NCBI RefSeq assembly: GCF_028641065.1 | Contig: NW_026575328.1 | Location: forward strand, 1-53,934 | Reading direction: 5' to 3' | Source: Leucoraja erinacea | Lineage: Eukaryota | DNA: 53,934 nucleotides | Part shown: in pieces, positions 13,962-26,428 of the stretch | How positions within the stretch are numbered: the stretch's first letter is position 1 | How the letters are laid out: each line of letters opens with the position of its first letter | Notes under the pieces: model-generated | Databases searched by the model: none | The model's input: the letters and a program-made list of their open reading frames with translations, nothing else | What the model was told of the DNA's origin: nothing | Program-made: the position numbers and the translations under genes

Positions 13962-14089
13962 GCAAAGCTTTTCTGTTTCTGGAATGTTGAGTATACAGCC
14001 AAGGAACATCTAAGAAAATACATTAAATCTTGAAGATATGATAGTCCGGCACCAAGGCATCGGCCGTTTACAGGAGTTTTATGCCCGTG

Positions 14090-14345
14090 GAAACAGGCCC
14101 TTCGGCCCGGCGAGTCTGTGCTGACCAGCTTTCATTCATACACTAATGCTATCGTACACACGGCGGACAATTTACAGAAACCGATTAACCGATAAACCTG
14201 AGGGTGGGGGTGGAAATCGGAGAACCCGGAATCCACGCGGAGAATCCGGAACCCACGGGAAAGTAAAAACTCCACTCGGGGAACACCGGTAGTGGGGATC
14301 GATCCGGCTCTCTGGCGCTGCGAGGCAGCAACTCTACCACTGCGC
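14090..14345 (-). mobile_element. tRNA-derived SINE (HE1/V-SINE-like)
   Basis: Reverse complement of the head GCGCAGTGGTAGAGTTGCTGCCTC and of the CR1-like tail GGGCCGAAGGGCCTGTTTCC. Confidence 0.75.
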
Positions 14346-14813
14346 TGCTGTGCTGCCCCCTATGTGCGCCACTGTTCTTTGGGCCCCTGTCTATACAGGA
14401 CAATGACTGTTTCCGTCAGCAATCTCCGTATTCTGAAAACATGCAGAATAATGGACTAATGTAGACACTGGTGACAGGGTAACGCTGACGCTGGCACTAA
14501 TCACGGGGCGACGCACTGCACTCCCTCCTGCCGTCTCCATTGAAATCAATAGCAACAAATAAAGCAGGCCGTTGAGTCGCGAGCAAATTCTTTGCAAAAA
14601 GCAAACGGAGAATTCAGCGATTCCCAGGGAACGATACGGCGTTCTGCTGTGAAATGTATGAACCGGATGAAATTGCCAGTCGATACTATGGCACGCAACG
14701 AAAGATTGCGATCGTAGGTGCGGCGTAGGTCCGTGGACGCTTTCAGTAGGGGGTTGGCCGATTGGATGTACACGGTGTTCGAAATTTCGGTCCTCCCAGC
14801 CTCCTGCGATCTA

Positions 14814-14829
14814 TCAGTATCGACCATTT
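14814..14829 (-). CDS. Gene A terminal coding exon (R-NGRY-stop), followed by a 3' UTR homologous to gene B's
   Basis: Acceptor tctgtccactgcag|AAATGGTCGATACTGA; the paralogue has the same acceptor and the same stop position (51797..51812); downstream homology at about 14450..14560 vs 52120..52220. Confidence 0.75.
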
Positions 14830-17800
14830 CTGCAGTGGACAGAACATGAGTTATTAAAGTGAGTGTGGGTAATGGTACATATACATGACCACAGTTAACC
14901 GCCAGCAGAAATATTTGACGGTGTTTTGTCCGGGACTTCAACTGAACGGAGACTCTTCGGCCGCACGGTGGCGCAGCGGTAGAGGTGCTGCCTTGCACTG
15001 GTGCCGTCTGTGTGGAGTGTGTACCGCGTGTTTTTTTCCTCCGGGAGCTCCCTTCTCCTCCCGCACTCGAAAGACGTGCAGGTTTGTGGGTTAATTTGCT
15101 TATTAACTTGCAAATTGCCCCTCGTGTGTCGCGTAGTGGTCTACGCGGACTGGATGGGCCGAAGGTCTGTTTCCTCGCTGTATCTCTCAGTCTAAAGTCA
15201 TTATTTACAACAACATTTGGGGTTAACACGCAATCGCATGCGCCTAACCGCAGGCCAAGGGAGTCAAGAGTGTTTTATTGTCATATGTCCCAAATAGGAG
15301 AATAAAATTCTTACTTGCTGCAGCACAACAGAATATGAAAACATAGTACATAACGGGAGAAAAAAGGTTCAGTGTGTATATATACGCAGAATGATATTGA
15401 TCAGATGTTGAAATGGGTGGGCGAACGACAGGTGGATATTAATCTCTGCAGGTGGAAGGTGTAGCATTTTGTTTCTATTGGTGTCAGTACGACACACACA
15501 AGGAATGGGAATGTCCAGGTTTGCATAGAGGGACAGAGGGATCTTCGTTTAGAAATCGAAGGAGCGAAGGAAGGCAGCGTATTGGAGATCAGGGAAGGAC
15601 TGAGATGAGAATCTGAGCAGTAATATGGTTGTCAACAATGATCACACAATTAGATTCATTTGAATTATATTAGGTTGCTAATATCTTGGATTGGTCAACC
15701 CTAGATATTAAACTGGATGTCAGAGAAGGGGGTGGCTATGGAGGTTTAATCATGACCCAAACACATGAGCGAGCTAGACAAAACATGCTGCAATAACTCA
15801 ATGCGCCGGGCAGCATGTCTGGGGTAAAAGAATAGGTGACGTTTCGGGTCGAGACCTTTCATGACCGAGCTTTTAGCTCTAGGAGCAAGACGATGAGCGT
15901 TTTACGGCACCGGGCCTGTACTCGCCGGAGTTTAGAAGGATGATAGTGGACTTCATTGAAACTTACCGAATAGTGAAAGGCTTGGATAGAGTGGATGTTG
16001 AGCGGATGTTTAGTGGGAGAGTCTAGGGCTAGAGTACATAGCCTTAGAATTAAAGAACGTTCCTTTAGGAAGGAGATGAGGAGAAATGTAAATTGTCATA
16101 GGCTTGTGAATCTGTAGAATTCTGCCACAGAAGGCTGTGGAGGCCAAGTTAATGGATATTTGTAAGGCAGGAATAGATAGATTGTTGATTAGTTCAAGTT
16201 CAAGTTCAAGTTCACATTTATTGTCACATGCAGCAATTAAAGTACAGTGATATTTGAATTACCATGCAGCCATACAATTAAAAGGACACATTACACGATA
16301 GAACTTAACATAAACATCCAGGACAGCGATCACTGGAGGAAGGCAATAAGTACGGGTGTTGAGGGTTATGGGGAAATAGCAGGGGGAGTGGGGTTATCAG
16401 GGAGAGATAGATCAGCATGATTGAATGGCGAAGTAGATTTGATGAGCCAAATGGCCTAATTCTACTCCTGTCACGTGACCTCATGATTATGCTTTTTCGA
16501 TCCCATCTGGGGCTGTGATTAGGACTTATCAACGAGTCTCAGTGCAGGTGGAATGGGCAGAGCCAGCAGTGTCTTGGGCTTCTACTCCGGTGAGGAACCA
16601 GTGATTTGCCAGGCATATATTGTGTGTTTGCATTTATGAAGGCAATTCAACGTGGAAATATACAAAAGTTACCAACAGCAAAAATAACCTTTTTGAAGAG
16701 CATCACTGTTATAATGTGGAAAGTGAAGGCGGGAGAATGGGAGGGAAAGATAGATGCGCCATGACCGAATGACGGAGATTCGATGAGCCTTATGGCCCAA
16801 TACTGCTCCTATCACTCATGAACGAACCACTGCCCAACGCACGGTGGCGCAGCGCTGGAGAGTTGCTGCCTCACAACGACCCGTCTGTACGGAGTTTGTA
16901 CTGAAGGCTTTGTGTCTCAATGCAAGGAGCATTCGTAATAAGGTGGATGAGTTGAATGTGCAGATAGCTATTAATGACTATGATATAGTTGGGATCACGG
17001 AGACATGGCTCCAGGGTGACCAAGGCTGGGAGCTGAACATCCAGGGATATTCAATATTCAGGAGGGATAGAGAGAAAGCAAAAGGAGGTGGGGTTGCGTT
17101 ACTGATTAGAGAGGGGATTAATGCAATGGAAAGGAAGGACATTAGTTTGGAGGATGTGGAATCGGTATGGGTAGAGCTGCGAAACACTAAGGGGCAGAAA
17201 ACGCTGGTGGGTGTTGTGTACAGGCCACCTAACAGTAGTAGTGAAGTTGGAGATGGTATCAAACAGGAAATTAGAAATGCGTGCGACAAAGGCAAAACAG
17301 TTATAATGGGTGACTTCAATCTACATAATGGGTGAATCAAATTGGCAGGGGTGCTGAGGAAGAGGATTTCTTGGAATGTATGCGGGATAGTTATCTAAAT
17401 CAACATGTAGAGGAACCAACGAGAGAGCAGGCTATTTTAGACTGTGGTAGTGAGTAATTAGGAAGGGTTAGTTAGCAATCTTGTTGTACGTGCCCCCTTG
17501 GGCAAGAGTGACCATAATATGGTTGAGTTCTTCATTGGGATGGAGAGTGACATTGTTAATTCAGAAACAATGGTTCTGAACTTAAAGAAAGGTAACTTTG
17601 AGGGTATGAGACGTGAATTGGCCAAGATTGACTGGCAATTAATTCTAAAAGGGTTGACGGTGGATATGCAATGGAAGACATTTAAAGGCTGCATGGATGA
17701 ACTACAAAACTTGTTCATAGCAGTTTGGCAAAAGAATAAATCAGGGAAGGTAGTACATCCATGGATAACAAGGGAAATCAGGGATAGTATCAAAGCGAAG

Positions 17801-20800
17801 GATGATGCGTACACATTATCCAGAAAAAGCAGCATACCGGAGGACTGGGAGAAATTCAAAGACCAGCAGAGGAGGACAAAGGGCTTAATTAGCAAAGGGA
17901 AAATAGATTATGAAAGAAAACTGGCAGGGAACATAAAAACTGACTGCAAAAGTTTTTATAGATATGTGAAAAGAAAGAGATTAGTTAAAACAAATGTAGG
18001 TCCCAGTCAGAAACAGGTGAGTTGATCATGGGGAACAAGGATATGGCGGACCAATTGAATAACTACTTTGGTTCCGCCTTCACTAAGGAAGACATAAATA
18101 ATTTGCCGGAAATAGCAGGGGACCGCGGGTCAAAGGAGTTGGAGGAATTGAGTGAAATCCAGGTTAGCCGGGAAGTGGTGTTGGGTAAATTGAATGGATT
18201 AAAGGCCGGTAAATCCCCAGGGCCACATAGGCTGCATCCCAGAGTACTTAAGGAAGTAGCTCCAGAAATAGTGGATGCATTAGTAATAATCTTTCAAAAC
18301 TCTTTAGATTCTGGAGTAGTTCCTGAAGATTGGCGGGTAGCAAACGTAACCCCACTTTTTAAGATGGGAGGGAGAGAGAAAATGGGGAATGACAGACCAG
18401 TTAGTCTAACATCGGTAGTGGGGAAACTGCTAGAGTCAGTTATTAAAGATGGGATAGCAGCACATTTGGAAAGTGGTGAAATCATTGGACAAAGTCAGCA
18501 TGGATTTACGAAAGGTAAATCATGTCTGACGAATCTTATAGAATTTTTCGAGGATGTAACTAGTAGCGTGGATAGGGGAGAACCAGTGGATGTGGCGTAT
18601 CTGGACTTCCAGAAGGTTTTCGAGAAGGTCCCACATAAGAGATTAGTATACAAACTTAAAGCACAAGGCATTGGGGGTTCAGTATTGATGTGGATAGAGA
18701 ACTGGCTGGCAAACAGGAAGCAAAGAGTAGGAGTAAACGGGTCCTTTTCACAATGGCAGGCAGTGACTAGTGGGGTACCGCAATGCTTAGTGCTGGGACC
18801 CCAGCTATTTACAATATAGATTAATGATCTGGATGAGGGAATTGAAGGCAATATCTCCAAGTTTGCGGACGACACTAAGCTGGGGGGCATTGTTAGCTGT
18901 GAGGAGGATGCTAGGAGACTGCAAGGTGACTTGGATAGGCTGGGTGAGTGGGCAAATGTTGGCAGATGCAGTATAATGTGGATCAATGTGAGGTTATCCA
19001 TTTTGGTGGCAAAAACGGGAAAGCAGACTATTATCTAAATGGTGGCCGATTGGGAAAGTGGGAGATGCAGCGAGACCTGGGTGTCATGGTACACCAGTCA
19101 TTGAAGGTAGGCATGCAGGTGCAGCAGGCAGTAAAGAAAGCGAATGGTATGTTAGATTTCATTGCAAAATGATTTGAGTATAGGAGCAGGGAGGTTCTAC
19201 TGCAGTTGTACAGGGTCTTGGTGAGACCACACCTGGAGTATTGCGTACAGTTTTAGTCTCCAAATCTGAGGAAGGACATTATTGCCATAGAGGGAGTGCA
19301 GAGACGGTTCACCAGACTGATTCCTGGGATGTCAGGACTGTCTTATGAAGAAAGACTGGATAGACTTGGTTTATACTCTCTAGAACCTAGGAGATTGAGA
19401 GGGGATCTTATAGAAACTTACTAAATTCTTAAGCGGTTGGACAGGCTAGATGCAGGAAGATTGTTCCCGATGTTAGTGAAGTCCAGGACAAGGGGTCACA
19501 GCTTAAGGTTAAGGGGGAAATCCTTTAAAACCGAGATGAGAAGAACTTTTTTCACACAGAGAGTGGTGAATCTCTGGAACTCTCTGCCACAGAGGGTAGT
19601 TGAGGCCAGTTCATTGGCTATATTTAAGAGGGAGTTAGATGTGGCCCTTGTGGCTAAGGGGATCAGGGGGTATGGAGAGAAGGCAGGTACGGGATACTGA
19701 GTTGGATGATCTGCCATGATCATATTGAATGGCGGTGCAGGCTCGAAGGGCCGAATGGCCTACTCCTGCACCTAATTTCTATGTTTCTATGTTTCTATGT
19801 ACGTTCTCCCTGTGACCAGCGTGGATTTTCTCAGAGTCCGGTTTCCTCCCACTCTCCAAAATCGTAGAGGGTTGCCGGCTAATTGGCTTGATATAATTGT
19901 GAATTATCCTTAGTGTATGCAGGACGGTGTTAGTAGTGTGCGAAGATCGCTGGCCGGCTCTCACTCAACAGGCCTGTTTCCGCACTGTATTTTAAACGGA
20001 ACTAAACTAAAAGCACAAACTGGTTCTCTGTTACTTAGAGGGAAAGGAATGCATAATGTTACATACCTGAGTTTGGCACTACAATAAATGAAAGACATCA
20101 CTAACAGGGCAAAGGTTTTCAATCCAAGCGGAATACACAAGATCACAATGGGGGCAACCTGTGTGACTGAAGAGAGAGTGAGATAGGTCAAACAAGACTC
20201 TAGCAAAGAGAGTGAGAAAGTACTAATGGAGGCGGCTCATTTATAAATGTGGTGATAATGTGTCGTTAAACAGCAGAATTATTCTGACAAAAGTGAGGGT
20301 AATGCGTGTGAGTGAAATAATGAGAAAAGGGAGATTAAAAACCACATAGCAATCGCGCCGACAGGACTTAAGACGCGATTGTGTAACGTTCCTCCTGTAC
20401 TAACTTAATTGGCAACGGACAATGTGCCATTTCAAACGGCTGCGAACTGAAGTGCTTGAAATGGGTGGTAAATCCGGGCGACGGGTTAACATTGTAAATG
20501 TGCAATATCATTGGCAATACGCCAGTATTCACAGTAGCACAGTAAACATCAGTCACTAGTGTATGTATATAGGTGGATGAAGCAGGAACTGCGGAGAGAG
20601 AGATAGAACTAATACTCCAGGTCAGTGAAGGAACTCTACATTTCCAAATCTACTAATTGCTCTTTTTCTGTTTTCAATTAACTCAGTGACTGGCGCTCCA
20701 CGTCCACTGGGGCCGGCTGGTGGTGATGGTGGGGGGTCACACATATCCTACACCTACATATCCTAACACAGGTCTACACACTCGAGCCGAGTGCATCTTC

Positions 20801-23800
20801 ACCGCACTCCCTCGACACCATTAATATGTTTATTGTGCAAAACGCAAAGAGATGGAGTAAGGCGGTGGGTGAGGAAGTATCTGTGGAAGCAATGCGCAGG
20901 AGATATTTTGGTCGGGAGCCCTTCAGAACGATTGCATTGAGGAGAGAAAGCGGGAAGAGATTCGGGGCGGGGCAATGCCTGACAAGTGATAGGTGGACCC
21001 ATGTGGGGAGTGTGTTAATGATTGATTTCTCAATTTGCGTTAAGAAGAACAAAGCTGCCCTCAGTTCTGCAGGTGGAATCGCACCCTGACCCCATATAAT
21101 TATACAGTATTGAGACATTTTTATTGACGTACACAAATAATCTCTTACTACAAATTAACTAGCCAGAGCAGTTGTGGTCTCTTGTACATCGGCCCGTCGG
21201 CCTTCAGTGTAACATACATACACTGCCAGATCGCTCTGATCATCGACGGTGCCCCAACTTCTCATAGTTAACACATACTCTGCTTTTACGCCTTGTTCAC
21301 CCATTTGGCATGCTTCACATTTAATCTCATTATTAGTTTAATTTAGTTTAGTTTATTATCACGTGTTTCTAAGTGCAGTGAAAAGCTTTTATGGCTGCCG
21401 CGTTCCATCTGCCGCGTTCCCACCCAACCTTTGGCCTGCCCACACCCACTGAACCTTCTTTACTTCATCGTGCCCACCCAGAGTCTCATCTTCTCTTTTG
21501 TCATCGGTCAGATTGCAACTCCGTCATTTGAACATTCAGTCAAAACACTAATACATGTAGGGACTAAATGGGGCCGCTGCATTGCACGCTATGGTATCCA
21601 ATTGGCCACAATTGGTCAATCTGCGAGAGATGCGTTTATCCCCAACTTGCTATCTAGTCCGAGAACCAATTTTCAATCACGGGCGCATGGTCCCCTACGT
21701 CCGACTACTCCGGATTTCAGATTGTTGACCAATCTCCCATGCGGGACTTGACCGAGATCCTTCTGAAAATCCAAACACTCCACATCAATTAGCCTTCTTC
21801 AATTCTACTCATCACATCTTGCATACATCCATGCTGAACATAGAACATAGGAAACTGGTGCACATGAACCGGCCCTTCGGCCCACTGTGTCTGTACCGCA
21901 TATTATGCCAAGCAAAACTAATCTCGTCTGTCTGCACACACGATTCATACCATCCTATTCCCTGTATATCCATGTGCCTATCTAAAAGCCTCTTAAATGT
22001 CACCAACGTATCTGCTTTCACCACCACCCCTGCCAGCGCGGTCCATGCACCCACCACTCCCCACTTCAGCAACTTGATCCCGCACACCTCATTTAAACAT
22101 AGCCTATTTCGCCTGCAACCTAAGCCCTCTAGCCTTTGTTTTGTGTTCTGCTATTACATGCTTCATTATGAGGTTCAGTTTCCAAAGGCTGACCGAAATC
22201 TTTCATAGCAATTTGCCGAGCAGACTACCCGTTAGTTTAACAAGTCCATGTCAATGTAGTTACTGCTGAGTGTGGCAGCCGAGATCCCGCCCCCAGGTCC
22301 CTGATCTTCAACTTTACGAGCCGAGAGGCGGGTTTTCTGTTCCTGCTCCCCTTCCTCCCTCCACCCCCTCGCTGTACACTGCAGAATGGTTTCTTACCGG
22401 GTGTGACCCGCAGCCGGAGCTCACGCTGGTACTGATGAATAAACGGAGGGTATAAAATATAAAGGTATTTTGCCTCCGGTTTCCTGATCGGCACGAGACA
22501 CAAGTAGTCGTGACTGTCGTCCACCCTCAGCTGCTTTATCCAGGTTGAGGCGTTTCCGCGCTCTGGGTTGCCGACCAGCTCGAACCGAGTTGCTCCGTTC
22601 TCCGCCGCCCAGGATCCATCAGCTTGGGGTCTGAACGTGACGATGTGTCGGTAGGGATCCTTCCTCATCCATGTGACCGCGAGAGGGGCGTGCTTGAGCG
22701 GAGGCGGTGGGAACACACATGATAACGTAGCCGAAGCCCCCTCAGTCCCAGTCACCACTGAGACATTCTCGCCGGAAGCTGAGGGAAGGACAGACACCAG
22801 AATGTATCAGCGTTCTGTGGGTGAATTATCTTCACATTCTAGCAAGTCTCTACCATCTCCATGCACGTTTGTTCGTCTAATTCCAGTTCAGATTTAGGTG
22901 CTCTTAGAATAACCACAACAAAGTCTACACAAGTTACATATAGATTGGGCCAACCAAATTGGTAACAGCGCTGGGGAGGAGCATTTCCTCGAATATAGAT
23001 TTTTAAGCCAATATGTAGAAAAAAACGACTAATGGGCAGGCCACCCTAGACTGGGTATTGAGTTGATGAAGGATTAGTTAGCAATCTTGTTGTGCTATGC
23101 CCCTTGGGCAACAGTGACCATGTTATGATGGAATTGTGCATTAAGATGGTGAGCGACACGGTTAATTCACAGACTAGGGACTTGAACTTAAAGAAAGGAG
23201 ACTTTGGCGGTATGAAACGGTAGCTGTATGGGATAGTCTGGTAAATGGTACTTAAAGAGTGACGGTGGAGTTGCAATGGCAAAGATTGAAAGATCACATG
23301 ATGACCTACATTTGTTCATCCCAGCCTGGCGTAAAAATAAAACGGGGAAGACGGCTCAACCGTGACTAACGTGGCAACAAAAGGATAGCGTTAATTTCAA
23401 GGAAGAGGCATATAAATTGGCCAGAGGAAGCAGCAAACCGGAGGACTGGGAGAAATTTAGAATTCAACGAAGGAGGTCAAATTGGTTAATTAAGAGGGGG
23501 GAAAATAGAGCACGAAAGAACGCTTGCGGGGAATATAAAAACTGACTGTAAAAGCTTCATTACATATGTGAAGAGGAAAAGATTAACGAAGGCAAATGTA
23601 GATCCCTTACAATCAGAGACAGGTGAATTTATAATGGGAAATAACGAAATGGCAGAACAGTTAAACGAGTAGTTTGGTTCTGTCTTCACTAAGGAAGACA
23701 CAAACAATCTCCTAGAAATACTAGGGGCAGATGATCTAGTGGGAGGGAGGAAATGAAGAAAATCCATTATTAGTCGCGAAATTGTGTTATGTAAACTGTT

Positions 23801-26396
23801 GGGACTGAAGGCAGATAAATCCCCAGGGCCTGATGGTTTGCATTCCAGAGTACTCAAGGAGGTGGCCCTGGAAACAGTGGGTGCATTTGTGATCATTTTC
23901 CAATGCTCTCTCGATTCTGGATCAGTTTCTGTGGACTGGAGGGTAGCCAATGTAACTCCACTTTTTAAGAAAGGAGGGAGAGATAAAACAGGGAATTATA
24001 GACCAGTCAGCCTTACATTGGTTGTGGGAATGATGCTTGAGTTGATTATTAAAGATGTAATAGCAGTGCATTTGGAAAGTAGTGACAGGATCGGTCAAAG
24101 TCAGCATGGATTTACGAAGGGGAATCATGCTTGAAGTGTTTTTTGGATTTATTTGAGGATGTAATACGTATAATAGATAAGGGAGAACCAGTGGATGTGG
24201 TGTATCTGGAATTTCAAAAAGCCTTTGACAAGGTGCACACAAGATATTAGTGTGCAAAATTAGAGTACGTTGTATTGGAGGACGGGTATTGACATGGATA
24301 GAGAACTGGTTGGCAGACAGGAAGCAAAGAGTAGATATTAAGTGGTCCTTTTCAAAATGGCAGGCAGTGAATAGTAGGTTGCCGCAAGGCTCAGTGCTGG
24401 CACTCCAGTTATTTACAATATATATTAACGATTTAGATGAAGGAAGGTATGTAACATCTCCAGGTTTGCGGATGACACAAAGCTGAGTGGCAGAGTGAGC
24501 AGCGAGGAGGATGCTATGAGACTTGAATATGATGGGTGAGTGGGCAGATGCATGGCAGATGCAGTAAAATGTAGACAAAGGTGAGGTTATCCACTTTGGT
24601 AGCAACAACAAGAAGGCAGATTATAAACATATAACCATATAACAATTACAGCACGGAAACAGGCCATCTCGGCCCTACAAGTCCGTGCCGAACAACTTTT
24701 TTGGTGTCAGATTAGGAAAACGTTAGGTGCAACGAGACCTGTGTGTGCTTGTACAGCAGGGAGTGAAGAAAGCTAATGGCACATTGGCCTTCATTGGGAG
24801 AGAATTTGAGTTTAGGAGCAAGGAGGTCCTACTGTAGTTGTACAGGGCCCTAGTGAGGCCACACCTGGAGTATTGTGTGCAGTTTTGCTCTCCAAATTTG
24901 AGGAAGGACATTCTTGCTATTGAAGAAGTGCTGTACAGGTTCACCAGGATAATTCCCGGGATGGCGGTACGGGTATATGAGGAAAGAATGGGTCGATTGG
25001 GCTTGTATTCCCTGAAAATTAGGTTGAGAGATGTTGAGAGAGGATCTTTTAGAAACGTTAAAACATTTCTTACGGGATTGGACAGGCTAGATGCAGGAAA
25101 AAATGTTACCGATGTTGGGGGAGTCCAGAACCAAGGGGCCACAGTTTAAAATTAACGCTTAAGCTATTTAGGACTGAAATTAGGAAAAACGTTTTCACCC
25201 AGAGAGTTGTTAATCTGTAGAATTCTCTGCCACAGAAGGCAGTGGAGGCCAAAGCACTGGAGGATTTTCAGGAGAGAGTTAGATTTTGCTCTTAGGGCTA
25301 ACGGAATCAAGGGATGTGGGCAAAAAAGCAGGAACGAGGTACTGATTTTGGATGATCAGCCATGATCATATTGAACGGCAGTGCTGGCTTGAAGGGCCGT
25401 ATGGCTATGTTCCTTTCTATGTTTCTTAAGTGAGCAGCTTCTTGTTTCTCAGCTCCAGCCATGAGGCCCCATTGGACCATCGCTGAATAGTGATATCTAA
25501 GACCACTGCAATGTTTTCTCTACTATCAAAAATAGATTTCTCTCCTCCTCTCTTCCCTCCCTCTTTATCCAACCATTAGCGCCTGTTTCATGGAGCGTCG
25601 AACTGCTAGCTCTGTCCCTACCGTAGTCACTTTTCTGTAATGTCTATAACATCCATTATTTAAGGATGGCAGCGGTAGAGTTGTTGCATCACAGCGCCAG
25701 GGACCCGGGTTCGGTCCTGACTAGGGGTGCTGTCTGTATGGAGTTTTTTAATTATCCCGTGAACGCGTTGGGTTTCCCCGGGTGCTCCTGTTACGTCATA
25801 CACTCCAACGACGTAGAGGTTTGTAGGATAATTTGTAGTTTAACATTGTGCAGCGGGATTCACTGGAAAGGGAGTAATAGGGGAAACCCGGCGCCTCACA
25901 CCGATACGTGCTTGATCAACATTTATTGATCATCAGCGTGCCAGGGAAGCGTTTGACCCGTGCGATCTGGGCACAGCTACAGCATTTAAGCATTGTTTCT
26001 CACATATCACAGTCAGGCGTGTTGGGACCACAGTGTGGAAGGATCCAATATTGAGGTCCACTTGGCACCGAAACGTAGCACCATCGTCCTCCCGGCTCAG
26101 TCGCCCCACCATTATCGAGACATCCCTCTGTCTGAGGTTCCCTACGAATCTGCACCGGCTCCCTCCGGCCTCCTGTGTCACTTCATCGCAAAGGGAGCGG
26201 CCGGGACCGGGATATGTACAGTTAAAAACAACGCTCTCAACCCCGGATTTTCTCTTGTGCCACAGCACGGAGCCGGTGAGGATGCGATCAGTGGGTGGGT
26301 GCGTGAATGTACACGGCAAAACAGCGTTGGCCCCTTCCATCGCAGACAGCTCATCAGCACCAGATATTGTCCAACCATTGGACGAAAAATCTACAC

Positions 26397-26428
<32 letters not shown>

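Noticed and set aside
14546-15229. 227-aa minus-strand ORF as a long cytoplasmic tail with Tyr motifs
   Set aside because: It runs through a SINE. The phase-2 junction from the TM exon reads a different frame that stops after 5 codons in both paralogues.
26029-26035. CACAGTG RSS heptamer near the 3' end of gene A D1, suggesting a rearranging V segment
   Set aside because: No nonamer at 12- or 23-bp spacing; the exon already encodes its G strand and has a splice donor; not conserved in gene B
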